Shown here in pieces: positions 23,306 through 31,885 of a stretch of DNA of 64,000 bases. Source of the DNA: a virus; IMG/VR virus record IMGVR_UViG_3300025840_000013; one strand, 5' to 3'. A program made the position numbers and the translations under genes. The first letter of the stretch is position 1. Every line of letters begins with the position of its first letter. The notes beneath the pieces were generated by a model that searched no databases, was not told where the DNA came from, and worked only from the letters and a program-made list of their open reading frames with translations.

Positions 23306-23635
23306 TTACTTCTTCTTATCTGAATATGCGTTGCCCGCAAAGAATGCGGCCACAATTGCAGCGACAGAAACGAAGTATGTTGCCGCCATGTCACCCAGAA
23401 TCTTTGATGCTTGATCCAATCCTGCAACTACTGCAATCACTACTGCGAAGGGATAGAGTAACATACCGAATAAAGAGAACCAGGCCATTTGACGCATTGC
23501 ATCTCTGCGAGCGTCAGCATCTTCTAGTTCTTTTCTTTTAAACTCAAGATACATCTTTTCTTCTTCTTTTGAAACCTTTCCATCTCCATTAGTATCGGCG
23601 GGGTGATGTCCAGATGCTTTAATTTCTTCTTCCAT
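23306..23635 (-). CDS. EF-hand-containing two-TM membrane protein
   Basis: DTNGDGKVSKEE EF-hand loop, then two hydrophobic helices. Confidence 0.75.
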   Translation of the reverse strand: MEEEIKASGHHPADTNGDGKVSKEEEKMYLEFKRKELEDADARRDAMRQMAWFSLFGMLLYPFAVVIAVVAGLDQASKILGDMAATYFVSVAAIVAAFFAGNAYSDKKK

Positions 23636-23636
23636 A

Positions 23637-23831
23637 TTAACTCCTCATTGCGTCTTTTCTACGCTTTTCTTCTTCTTTAATATAGTTTATCAAAAGATTT
23701 AAATATATCTCTCTTTCCCACGGTATCATATCTTCTAATTCACTCAAACTATATTTATGGTGCTGCATCAACGCAAAATTATTTCGATACATCGATGCAA
23801 GGGACTCATGATTTAAACTTAGGAAAAAAAA
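23637..23831 (-). CDS. gp51: gp51-like baseplate hub assembly segment (probable -1 frameshift extension of gp26)
   Basis: HESLASMYRNNFALMQHHKYSLSELEDMIPWEREIY; frame is open through the T8 slippery run. Confidence 0.8.
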   Translation of the reverse strand, partial: FFFLSLNHESLASMYRNNFALMQHHKYSLSELEDMIPWEREIYLNLLINYIKEEEKRRKDAMRS

Positions 23832-24541
23832 TCGGTAATTCCTTTTACTTTCATCGATTTTTTCCATCCACATTTTCTACAAACAATATTTACATCACAC
23901 GCCGTTTCTGGCATTGTATTGAAAAAATTGTTAATAGATTCAAACTGTTGTTGTGTTAAATTCTCAACAAAAGTTTTTAATTCACTTTCTGAATAATCAG
24001 ACGCATTATATACTTCACTTCCATCAACGATCATGTCAATACAAGTAGCTACAACATCAATTACATCATCTACACTATCTGCAGTTAATACAGAATTTAA
24101 GATATTAAAATCTGGATATTTCATAATGATTTTAATATCTGATGTTAGATTCAATTCATTGGTGTGTCCTTCTTGATTTTCAATCTCCGCCTTTTCTAAG
24201 TCTAATGTGAAAGGAATTTGACAGCCCCCCTGCCCTACTCCTTCTTCTTTACAATCTTCCCGATTGTAACTCAAACCAATTACGTTTCCGATAGACTTAC
24301 TTCTAAGTTTGATGAAAATGTGTTCAATATCAAATGTAGAAAGTTTATCAACATCTACATCTGATACTAAACAGTTTCCAATAATTTGTTTTATCGCATC
24401 AATTTTTTCTTGTAGTTCTTCTCCTTCTTGTGCCATCAGAAGAATTTTTTCTTCTTTGACTAAAAATGGACGAAACTTTACACTTTCATTTGTTGATGGT
24501 ATAGTCAAATCATATGTTGGTGCATTAATTGTAGGTAACAT
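23819..24541 (-). CDS. gp26: baseplate hub subunit/assembly chaperone gp26
   Basis: MLPTINAPTY, FRPFLVKEEKILL, LRSKSIG, MKYP, CxxC, GITDFF. Confidence 0.9.
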   Translation of the reverse strand: MLPTINAPTYDLTIPSTNESVKFRPFLVKEEKILLMAQEGEELQEKIDAIKQIIGNCLVSDVDVDKLSTFDIEHIFIKLRSKSIGNVIGLSYNREDCKEEGVGQGGCQIPFTLDLEKAEIENQEGHTNELNLTSDIKIIMKYPDFNILNSVLTADSVDDVIDVVATCIDMIVDGSEVYNASDYSESELKTFVENLTQQQFESINNFFNTMPETACDVNIVCRKCGWKKSMKVKGITDFFS

Positions 24542-24571
24542 ATTTTATCCTCTTCAAGTATAATTTAATTA

Positions 24572-25162
24572 TTATGGGCCGGTTACAGTAAGCTCTGGGC
24601 CGGTTACAGTAAGCTGTACACGTTTATTCGCCTCCTCTTTACTATATTCAGAACGATATTTTCTGTAGAACATCGTAATCTGACATTGCGCCGGTTCTTC
24701 GTTTGCATATGCATATTCAACTGGGCCTATAGATAATGGATATAGATTCTCAAATGTTACAGTGTGTGTTCTCTCATCGTTTTTATTATATGTAATGAGC
24801 TCTGCCTGTGGTGCCACATAGTCGTTATAATATGAAATTTTATGTGTAGTAAAATCTATAACTTGGTGAAACCAATCTTCAAACCAATCTCTTTCTTTTA
24901 AGTTATCGCTCAAATATATACTAAATGTCAATTGATCGTATGTAGTTGTGTATGGTGCCATTCTTATAGGGCCATAAATTTTTGTTTCCGTTGTTGAAAT
25001 GGTTTTCCCTGGCAAAGAAATTGATGGAACACGAAATTTTAATAAATTGTCTGGATTTGTTAGAAACGACTTCGGCGGTGGTTTAATTCTAAGTTCATAA
25101 CGATTTGCCTGAGTAAGGCCAGATTTTGAAATGTTTGCAATAAAATCTTCTATTGATGCCAT
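24572..25162 (-). CDS. gp54: baseplate tail-tube initiator gp54-like
   Basis: GLTQANRY, SLPGK, FEDW, NLYPLSIG tube-fold motifs; synteny. Confidence 0.75.
   Translation of the reverse strand: MASIEDFIANISKSGLTQANRYELRIKPPPKSFLTNPDNLLKFRVPSISLPGKTISTTETKIYGPIRMAPYTTTYDQLTFSIYLSDNLKERDWFEDWFHQVIDFTTHKISYYNDYVAPQAELITYNKNDERTHTVTFENLYPLSIGPVEYAYANEEPAQCQITMFYRKYRSEYSKEEANKRVQLTVTGPELTVTGP
24575..24616. repeat. 21-bp tandem duplication at the 3' end of gp54
   Basis: TGGGCCGGTTACAGTAAGCTC then TGGGCCGGTTACAGTAAGCTG (LTVTGP twice). Confidence 0.9.
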
Positions 25163-25738
25163 TTATGATCTCCTAGCAGAATCTGACCAAACTTTCGAAG
25201 CAGCGGCCTTTTTGAATTTTTGTACTGGTAAAAACAATGCGATGTCCCATTCATTTGCCTCAATTTTTACAAACTTTGATCTAACATGAGTAAACAAGTA
25301 TTTTTTGAGACAAGGTTTTATGACATTATATTTAGACAGACCTTTTAGAACATTATAAGATAATCTGAGTCTTGTTGTTGAATCATATCTTTTGTTCGAT
25401 GCAATTTCAGATAATGCATTCATTACAACGATTCTATTTCTTGGCGAAACATAGTGCAAGTTAATTCCAACAAACCCCCCAGATATTCTTTCTACCATAA
25501 AGATAAGTGGAAATTCATCGTAATATGGCAACTTCTTTGCATACTTAGGGTCATATTGATAACAATACATACTACCAATATTAGGTGTTGCTGCAGAACG
25601 ATCCCCATCGCCCAATAGGGATGCCCTTGTGATTCTCGTTTCTCTTGCCTTTTTTCTAAACCACTCCCTTGCTTTATCAGTATTTGGTCTAATGTTTCGA
25701 GCAGCGAGTCTATTTAATAGTGGTGTAAAGTCTGTCAT
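25163..25738 (-). CDS. gp2: DNA end protector gp2
   Basis: YDPKYAKKLPYYDEFPLI, GINLHY, KPCLKKYL, FLPVQKF. Confidence 0.93.
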   Translation of the reverse strand: MTDFTPLLNRLAARNIRPNTDKAREWFRKKARETRITRASLLGDGDRSAATPNIGSMYCYQYDPKYAKKLPYYDEFPLIFMVERISGGFVGINLHYVSPRNRIVVMNALSEIASNKRYDSTTRLRLSYNVLKGLSKYNVIKPCLKKYLFTHVRSKFVKIEANEWDIALFLPVQKFKKAAASKVWSDSARRS

Positions 25739-25771
25739 TCGTTTATGCCGTTTTTTACTATTTATATCGTT

Positions 25772-26215
25772 TTATTGAGCGAGTTGATCTTCTGTTAAAA
25801 TTTTAAATTCCCACTTCCTATCTTCGCAAAATTCTTTCGCATATTTCCACTTGGCCTCGTTAATACTCCATGTTTTCATTTCACTCAAATATCTTGGTGT
25901 AATCTTGGTTCGCTTTCTTGGGGGTTTGGTTTCTTTTTTTGGTTTTACTTCGATAACAATGGTTCTTGATTTATTTTCTTCTTGGATTCTTATTACAAAA
26001 TCTGGATAATATTTGTGTTGTTTTCTGTCCACTGGTGAAATGTAAGGTATTACTAATTCTTCGCTCGACCAGAAAGTGATTGCTTCGTTGTTGTCGCAAT
26101 ACACCATAAACCTTCTTTCCCATGAAGAACGATATATAATGTTATTCACATTTCCTGCATATTTTTCTGGATTTACTGGTTTGTATTTTCCTCTATAAGT
26201 AAATCTTTTTCTCAC
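25772..26215 (-). CDS. gp4: head completion nuclease gp4
   Basis: YRSSWE, WSSEE, YYPDF, IEVKP, NEAKW. Confidence 0.93.
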   Translation of the reverse strand: MRKRFTYRGKYKPVNPEKYAGNVNNIIYRSSWERRFMVYCDNNEAITFWSSEELVIPYISPVDRKQHKYYPDFVIRIQEENKSRTIVIEVKPKKETKPPRKRTKITPRYLSEMKTWSINEAKWKYAKEFCEDRKWEFKILTEDQLAQ

Positions 26216-26229
26216 TTCATAAAAACCTT

Positions 26230-26237
26230 TATAAATA
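26230..26237 (+). promoter_or_regulatory. T4-type late promoter
   Basis: TATAAATA upstream of gp48. Confidence 0.75.
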
Positions 26238-26266
26238 GTACTAAAATATTTAGGAGCAAGTATTTA

Positions 26267-27112
26267 ATGGCCGCATCAGACTCACCATCCACTTTGACGC
26301 AACAGAGACAACAGGTTGCAGCAGGCGGGGAAACTTATATATATCCAATGTCATTGCATGAACATGAAGAAGTTGTGGAGATGAAAGATTTTGTTAGATT
26401 TACTGCATATAAAGGCGAGCAGCCTGGCTACACAACCATGCAGACAAGAGGAACTGCAGTTGATCTTGAGAAAATAGGGAGTGTTACTCTTCATCTTCCA
26501 GAAAATATTGAAAATTCAACAAAATCCCAATTTGAAGGTGCAGACAGTGGCGCCTTGGGGTTGATGGGTAAAACTGGTGCAGTAGCAGGCGAAGATAATG
26601 GATTCTTAGACAAAGTACTCAATCTTGGTGGGGAACTTTCATTATCGGCAACGCAATTTGCAGGAGGCCTTGCATTTGGTGGAGATGGTAATTTGCAGTC
26701 TCAAGTTATTGGTGGTAGAGTTTCTGGTGCGAATAAACATATGTTATTCAGAGGAATTGATTTTAGGGCATTCAATTATCAATATAGTATTCTTCCAAGG
26801 TCAGCAAAAGAATCTATTGAAATTAATAACATGATAAAATTTTTAAGAAAGAATATGCTTCCAGAAATGACAGGCCTAAATTTTTTCCAAGTTCCCAATA
26901 CATTTACTGTTGAATACTACTTGGGTGGTAGACCTGCCGAGTTTCTTCACAAAATCAAACCATGTGTATTAACTGACTGTACTGTTAAATATGGTGGCAA
27001 CGGTGCGTTTGCAACTTTCAATGAAACAGATGCTCCTGCAGTTATTGAGCTATCTCTGACTTTCCAAGAGATTCAGTTGGTTACTTCTTCAGACGCAGCG
27101 GAGGGTTACTAA
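26267..27112 (+). CDS. gp48: baseplate tail-tube cap gp48
   Basis: LFRGIDFRAFNY, PRSAKES, KPCVLTDCTVKY, LTFQE. Confidence 0.85.
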   Translation: MAASDSPSTLTQQRQQVAAGGETYIYPMSLHEHEEVVEMKDFVRFTAYKGEQPGYTTMQTRGTAVDLEKIGSVTLHLPENIENSTKSQFEGADSGALGLMGKTGAVAGEDNGFLDKVLNLGGELSLSATQFAGGLAFGGDGNLQSQVIGGRVSGANKHMLFRGIDFRAFNYQYSILPRSAKESIEINNMIKFLRKNMLPEMTGLNFFQVPNTFTVEYYLGGRPAEFLHKIKPCVLTDCTVKYGGNGAFATFNETDAPAVIELSLTFQEIQLVTSSDAAEGY

Positions 27113-27780
27113 TGTTTAGTTATCTAGAAAAAAAGAAATATGATTTGATGTTGAATGGAAAACCAAAAAATGTAACTAATATTTTTCAAAATGCATATAT
27201 CCTAGAAAAATATAGAGAAGATCCTCTTTCGCATTATGAGTATACTGTCAGGGATGAAGACACGCCAGAAACAATTGCACATTTATACTATGGAAGTCAT
27301 ACTTATGGTTGGGTTATTTTGTGGATGAACGATATTTCAAATGTTTACGATGATTGGCCAATGACAAGTAGAACACTACAAACTCATATCGAAACTGTTT
27401 ATGGGGCTCCCGCTTATGCAGGGTCAAATTTTTATCCAAGAATATTTAAAACTGGTGATTATATTTATGACACATTAGAACAAAAAGTTTTTGTCAGAAG
27501 AAATGACAGATGGGAAATTGTACTCAATGATTATTCTGCAAGCAATTTAAATGGATTGTCTATTTCAAGGAATATTCCTATTCATTATACTCATGATGTA
27601 TTGGGACATAAAATATCTCCAGACACATATAATCTTCTTACTCCACAGGATAAGAAAAAATATACAATCTATAGTGCATACGATTATGAACATGATAAGA
27701 ATGAAAAGAATAGAGTGATTAAATTAATGAGAGCAAATTTATTAAATGATTTTCTTTTGAGATTTGAAGAGGTTCTTTAA
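27112..27780 (+). CDS. gp53: baseplate wedge gp53
   Basis: DTPETIAHLYYG...WVILWMN...DWP; NEKNRVIKL. Confidence 0.9.
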   Translation: MFSYLEKKKYDLMLNGKPKNVTNIFQNAYILEKYREDPLSHYEYTVRDEDTPETIAHLYYGSHTYGWVILWMNDISNVYDDWPMTSRTLQTHIETVYGAPAYAGSNFYPRIFKTGDYIYDTLEQKVFVRRNDRWEIVLNDYSASNLNGLSISRNIPIHYTHDVLGHKISPDTYNLLTPQDKKKYTIYSAYDYEHDKNEKNRVIKLMRANLLNDFLLRFEEVL

Positions 27781-29060
27781 TGTCAGATACATTTAAGTTA
27801 GGTGATTACAATATTCGTAAATTCACTATTCGTTCACATAACGGATTTGAATTAGACCTTAAAAGATATTTTACATCAATTCGCATTTTTGAAGATATAC
27901 TATCGTCTAGTATTACGGCGACAGTTAGTTTTATGGATGTAGAAGATATGTTAACTTTTATGCCAATTGTTGGACAAGAAGAAGTTTCTTTAGATTTTGA
28001 AGTTCCAGAGTGGAAAAATATTAAGTTGGATTTCCTTGTTCATAAAATATCTGAACTAACAGATGATGAGGGAACTCAGACTTATAATTTAGAATTAATT
28101 TCAAAAGATTTTGCAAAAAATTTTGAAGAAAAAGTGTCGGAATATTTTCAAGGAAGTTCTACAGATATTGCACAAACCATTTTTTCAAGACTTGGTAGTT
28201 CAAAGAGTCTTTCTGTAGAATCAAGTAGTGACCAGTACAGTGGTGATAATGGATTGGTAATTCCAAATTATACTCCAATGAAAAGTATTTCATTTTTATG
28301 TAATAAAGCATTCAGTGAGACATATAAAAGTTCTTCGTATATGTTTTTTGAAACAACAAAAGAATATGTTATGAAACCGTTAGAAATGCTAACACAGGCA
28401 GAACCAAAGAATAAATTCATCGTTGGTGCATACAAAAGTGCTGGGGCAAAAGAACTTGATGATATTTCAACAAATGTTGAAAATAAGAAAGTAATTAGTT
28501 TTAATTTTGATTCAAACTTCGATGTGCTTGGAAATATTACAAAGGGGTTTTATAATTCAGAAGTTTATGCTGTGGATTTACTAACACGACAGGTTAATAA
28601 TTATACACACTCATATTGGGAAAATTATGGAGACTACAAGTACTTGGACAGTAATACTTTTCAAGATACTACTGGACAAGGAATGCAATATAAACCAAAA
28701 AACTTATATGTTGTTCCAGAAAGAGACTTGCAGGGTGGGAATCCTACATTCAATCAGGAAAAACTCTTTCTTCCAAGATTGTTTTATATGCAGTTGATGA
28801 AAAACATAAAAGTAACTATTACTGTTTTTGGAGATACTGATGTTTGTGCTGGAGATATCTTAGAACTTGAAATGCCAATATATCAAAGAGATAACACAGG
28901 AACAAACAAATATTATAGTGGAAAGTATTTAGTGTTTGCAATTAGACATAGAATTGAGGGTGGAAGATATCAAACTGACATTGAGTTGGTTAGAGATAGT
29001 ATCGGACTTCCGTTACCAGCGGAACAGCCAACGCCTCCATCAGGTGGGAGTATACAATAA
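27780..29060 (+). CDS. baseplate hub protein (gp27-like)
   Basis: IFEDILS, PIVGQE, YMFFET, SGKYLVFAIRH; lies between gp53 and gp5. Confidence 0.7.
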   Translation: MSDTFKLGDYNIRKFTIRSHNGFELDLKRYFTSIRIFEDILSSSITATVSFMDVEDMLTFMPIVGQEEVSLDFEVPEWKNIKLDFLVHKISELTDDEGTQTYNLELISKDFAKNFEEKVSEYFQGSSTDIAQTIFSRLGSSKSLSVESSSDQYSGDNGLVIPNYTPMKSISFLCNKAFSETYKSSSYMFFETTKEYVMKPLEMLTQAEPKNKFIVGAYKSAGAKELDDISTNVENKKVISFNFDSNFDVLGNITKGFYNSEVYAVDLLTRQVNNYTHSYWENYGDYKYLDSNTFQDTTGQGMQYKPKNLYVVPERDLQGGNPTFNQEKLFLPRLFYMQLMKNIKVTITVFGDTDVCAGDILELEMPIYQRDNTGTNKYYSGKYLVFAIRHRIEGGRYQTDIELVRDSIGLPLPAEQPTPPSGGSIQ

Positions 29061-31360
29061 TGGATATGAATATGTTTTCGGGTAGAGAGGGAATGGTTTG
29101 GTGGCAGGGTGTTATCGAAGACGTAAAAGACCCAGAAGCTCTTGGCCGAGTAAAAGTTAGAATTATTGGATGGCATACTGCAGACAAGGCACTTCTTCCT
29201 ACAGAAAAACTTCCATGGGCATCTCCAATCATGCCTATTACCAGTTCATCTACTGGTGGTATCGGACAATCTCCAACGGGCGCAATGCCGGGTGCTTGGG
29301 TTATGGGATTTTTTAGAGATGGAGAACAAGGTCAAGATCCTATAATTTTTGGAACAGTTTATGGACGCCCAACAGAGGGTTCCGAAACAAATGCAGATGG
29401 AACATATCCTTCAGAAAGTGGGTCAGTATTCGGTGGTTCTACTAAAAATGAATCTGATGTTAATAGACTTGCAAGGGGTGTAAGTGATAGTACATCTAAT
29501 ACAAATGGTGGAGATGAAAATACATCTTCTTCTGGAAATGCGACTGAATGTGGAAAAGAAGTTAACCAAGATGGTGTTTCAAGTGATAAAGAAAATAGAA
29601 AAAGACTTAGTAAGATTACTACAAAGTCTGGAAAGAGTGCTTGGGTTGCTACAGTATTTAAAGATCAGTTCCAAGGATTTGTGAATGAACTTGAGAGTAC
29701 AGGGTATGTTATTAAAAGTATTGGTGGATATGCATATCGAAAAAATGTAAACAATCCAAGTAGATTTAGTTATCATGCTAGTGGTGCCGCAATTGATATT
29801 AATCCCGCCGAGAATCCTAATGGGAATACTTTGATAACAGATATGCCAGACGGCGTATCTTCTATTGCAAAGAAATATGGTTTAGGTTGGGGCGGCGATT
29901 GGAATAGTGTTAAGGACGCAATGCATTTTAGTGCTGCATCTGGAGAAAGAGGTTCTACTCCTTTAAAACGAAACGGTATTGTTCCTGACCCATCATCAGG
30001 CAGTCAAACCGAAAGTTCTTCTGGTGGTGGTACTGATAAGCCAGGAGAGAGTCAAGAATGTGATACCGTAACAACCAGTGAATCGGGTGCAACTTCTAGT
30101 AGGTCTGCAGATACAGCGGCGCAACAACAAAGTCAGGCACCATCTGCAAGTGCAACACAATGGTCTGCTGGAAAATCTTATAATGAAGGTGATTTGGTGA
30201 AATCGCCGCCACTAGAAGAGGGAGAAGAGTCTGGCGGGCCTCCATACACAATGCGTTCTGGAACTTTGGCGGCCGCCGAAGCACTTGGAATCAGTGCGAT
30301 TGATCTTGCAACAGTGATGTCATACGAAACTGGCGGCACACTCGATCCTCAGAAAAGAGGGCCTACCACTAAATGGGGTCAACACAGAGGACTTATTCAA
30401 TTCGGAGAGCCGCAGGCAAAGCAATACGGTGTAGACTTCAGTACTCCACAAACAGCAATAGACACTCAACTTGGCCCAAGCGGTGCTGTGGTTAAGTATT
30501 TACGAGATAAGGGTGTCAGGCCTGGCATGGGTAGACTAGAAGTTTATTCTGCAATCAATGCTGGTGGTATCGGAGAAAAGTATTATAGTCGCTCAGATAC
30601 CGCAGCTGGCGGGGCAGCAGGGACTGTAAGAGACAAAGTAAACAATCAGATGGAAGGACATGAAAGAAACGCCAAGCGTCTTCTAGCGGGTTCTAATGAC
30701 AGTACATTTGTCCAACAAAAAACATTTATTGCTAAAAATTCTGGAACTTCTGATGCAGAAGGTGATGGCCCAACTTCATCAAGTTTAAAAGATGGTGACA
30801 TTCTTTGGGAAGTATATGAAGATCCATTACCAGTGATTGATGATGCAGTGGAAGAAGGTAGTGTGGTAGATGTGGATCAGTCTCCATCAACATTTAATGC
30901 AAACTCTGGCAACTCTTCATATGGACAGGACACATATAATCCACGTTCTATTGTCGAAATGAAAAAGGAAAGTACTGAAAGTACAGAACTATTTGATGAA
31001 CCACCAACTCCATACGCTGCAGAGTATCCACACAACAAAGTGTTATCTACTGAGTCTGGACACCATCAAGAGTTTGATGACACGCCCGGCGCAGAAAGAA
31101 TACATACATATCATAGGTCTGGAACATTTGAAGAAATACATCCAGATGGTTCTGTGGTCACAAAAGTTGTTAAGGATAATTATGAAATTATCTTTGGTAA
31201 TAATAATATTTACGTTAAGGGAACGATTAACGTTGTTGTAGATGCAGATGTAAATATTAGAGTGGGTGGCAATGTCGATGCGAAAGTCGGTGGAACAATT
31301 GATACCGAATCTGGTGGGAATACCACAATAAAAGCACCAAACATTCATTTAAATCCATAA
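29060..31360 (+). CDS. gp5: baseplate spike gp5 with M15 peptidase and lysozyme-like domains
   Basis: OB-fold GVIEDVKDPEALGRVKVRI; SYHASGAAIDIN...DAMHFS; SYETGG...GLIQFG; YPHNKV..TESGH..EFDDTPGAERI and beta-helix. Confidence 0.9.
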   Translation: MDMNMFSGREGMVWWQGVIEDVKDPEALGRVKVRIIGWHTADKALLPTEKLPWASPIMPITSSSTGGIGQSPTGAMPGAWVMGFFRDGEQGQDPIIFGTVYGRPTEGSETNADGTYPSESGSVFGGSTKNESDVNRLARGVSDSTSNTNGGDENTSSSGNATECGKEVNQDGVSSDKENRKRLSKITTKSGKSAWVATVFKDQFQGFVNELESTGYVIKSIGGYAYRKNVNNPSRFSYHASGAAIDINPAENPNGNTLITDMPDGVSSIAKKYGLGWGGDWNSVKDAMHFSAASGERGSTPLKRNGIVPDPSSGSQTESSSGGGTDKPGESQECDTVTTSESGATSSRSADTAAQQQSQAPSASATQWSAGKSYNEGDLVKSPPLEEGEESGGPPYTMRSGTLAAAEALGISAIDLATVMSYETGGTLDPQKRGPTTKWGQHRGLIQFGEPQAKQYGVDFSTPQTAIDTQLGPSGAVVKYLRDKGVRPGMGRLEVYSAINAGGIGEKYYSRSDTAAGGAAGTVRDKVNNQMEGHERNAKRLLAGSNDSTFVQQKTFIAKNSGTSDAEGDGPTSSSLKDGDILWEVYEDPLPVIDDAVEEGSVVDVDQSPSTFNANSGNSSYGQDTYNPRSIVEMKKESTESTELFDEPPTPYAAEYPHNKVLSTESGHHQEFDDTPGAERIHTYHRSGTFEEIHPDGSVVTKVVKDNYEIIFGNNNIYVKGTINVVVDADVNIRVGGNVDAKVGGTIDTESGGNTTIKAPNIHLNP

Positions 31361-31369
31361 GAGGAAGTC

Positions 31370-31885
31370 ATGTCAAATTTAAGTAGTGCAGAAGAAAGAC
31401 TTGGGATATTACCATCTAAGAGAGATCAATATATTGATTTTGATCTAACGTTTAGACGAAATCCAGTCAGTGGAGATGTTTTAATCAAAAAAGATATTGG
31501 TTCAATAAATCAAAGTATTAAAAATATTTTATTGACTAATAAACTCGAAAAACCATTTAAACCAAGGTTCGGTGGAAATATTTACAACACTTTATTTGAT
31601 TTAATGACGAATTGGGATTATAAGGGTTCGCCGCATGACATAAATATGCAAGAAGAGATAAAACTTGCGTTAAAAATACATGAACCAAGGATAGTAGTTT
31701 CTGATGTTAATTTTTTCTCTAGAGAAAGAGTTATGTCATCGTTGAAAGGAATAAAGACAGAAGACGAAAGAATGAGACAGGCACAGTTAGTAGATAATAA
31801 TACCTTAGAAGTTAGTATAGTATACAATGTCCCTGCATCCGAAGAAGATATAACATTTCAATTTAGTATAAAAAGAGTACGATAA
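31370..31885 (+). CDS. gp25: baseplate wedge gp25
   Basis: SIKNILLTNKLEKPFKPRFG, HEPRI. Confidence 0.92.
   Translation: MSNLSSAEERLGILPSKRDQYIDFDLTFRRNPVSGDVLIKKDIGSINQSIKNILLTNKLEKPFKPRFGGNIYNTLFDLMTNWDYKGSPHDINMQEEIKLALKIHEPRIVVSDVNFFSRERVMSSLKGIKTEDERMRQAQLVDNNTLEVSIVYNVPASEEDITFQFSIKRVR

Noticed and set aside
20871-23541. Plus-strand ORFs, including 248 aa at 21516-22262
   Set aside because: Antisense to the Gly/Ala-rich tape-measure-like gene; low-complexity shadows without SD sequences.
23637-23873. Track start for gp51 at 23873 (MWMEKIDE...)
   Set aside because: The upstream part is just the -1 frame of gp26's last codons with no SD; the frameshift model explains it better.
25772-26215. 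TnsA transposase or mobile element
   Set aside because: The TnsA-like fold is expected for T4 gp4 in its normal position; no transposon ends are present.
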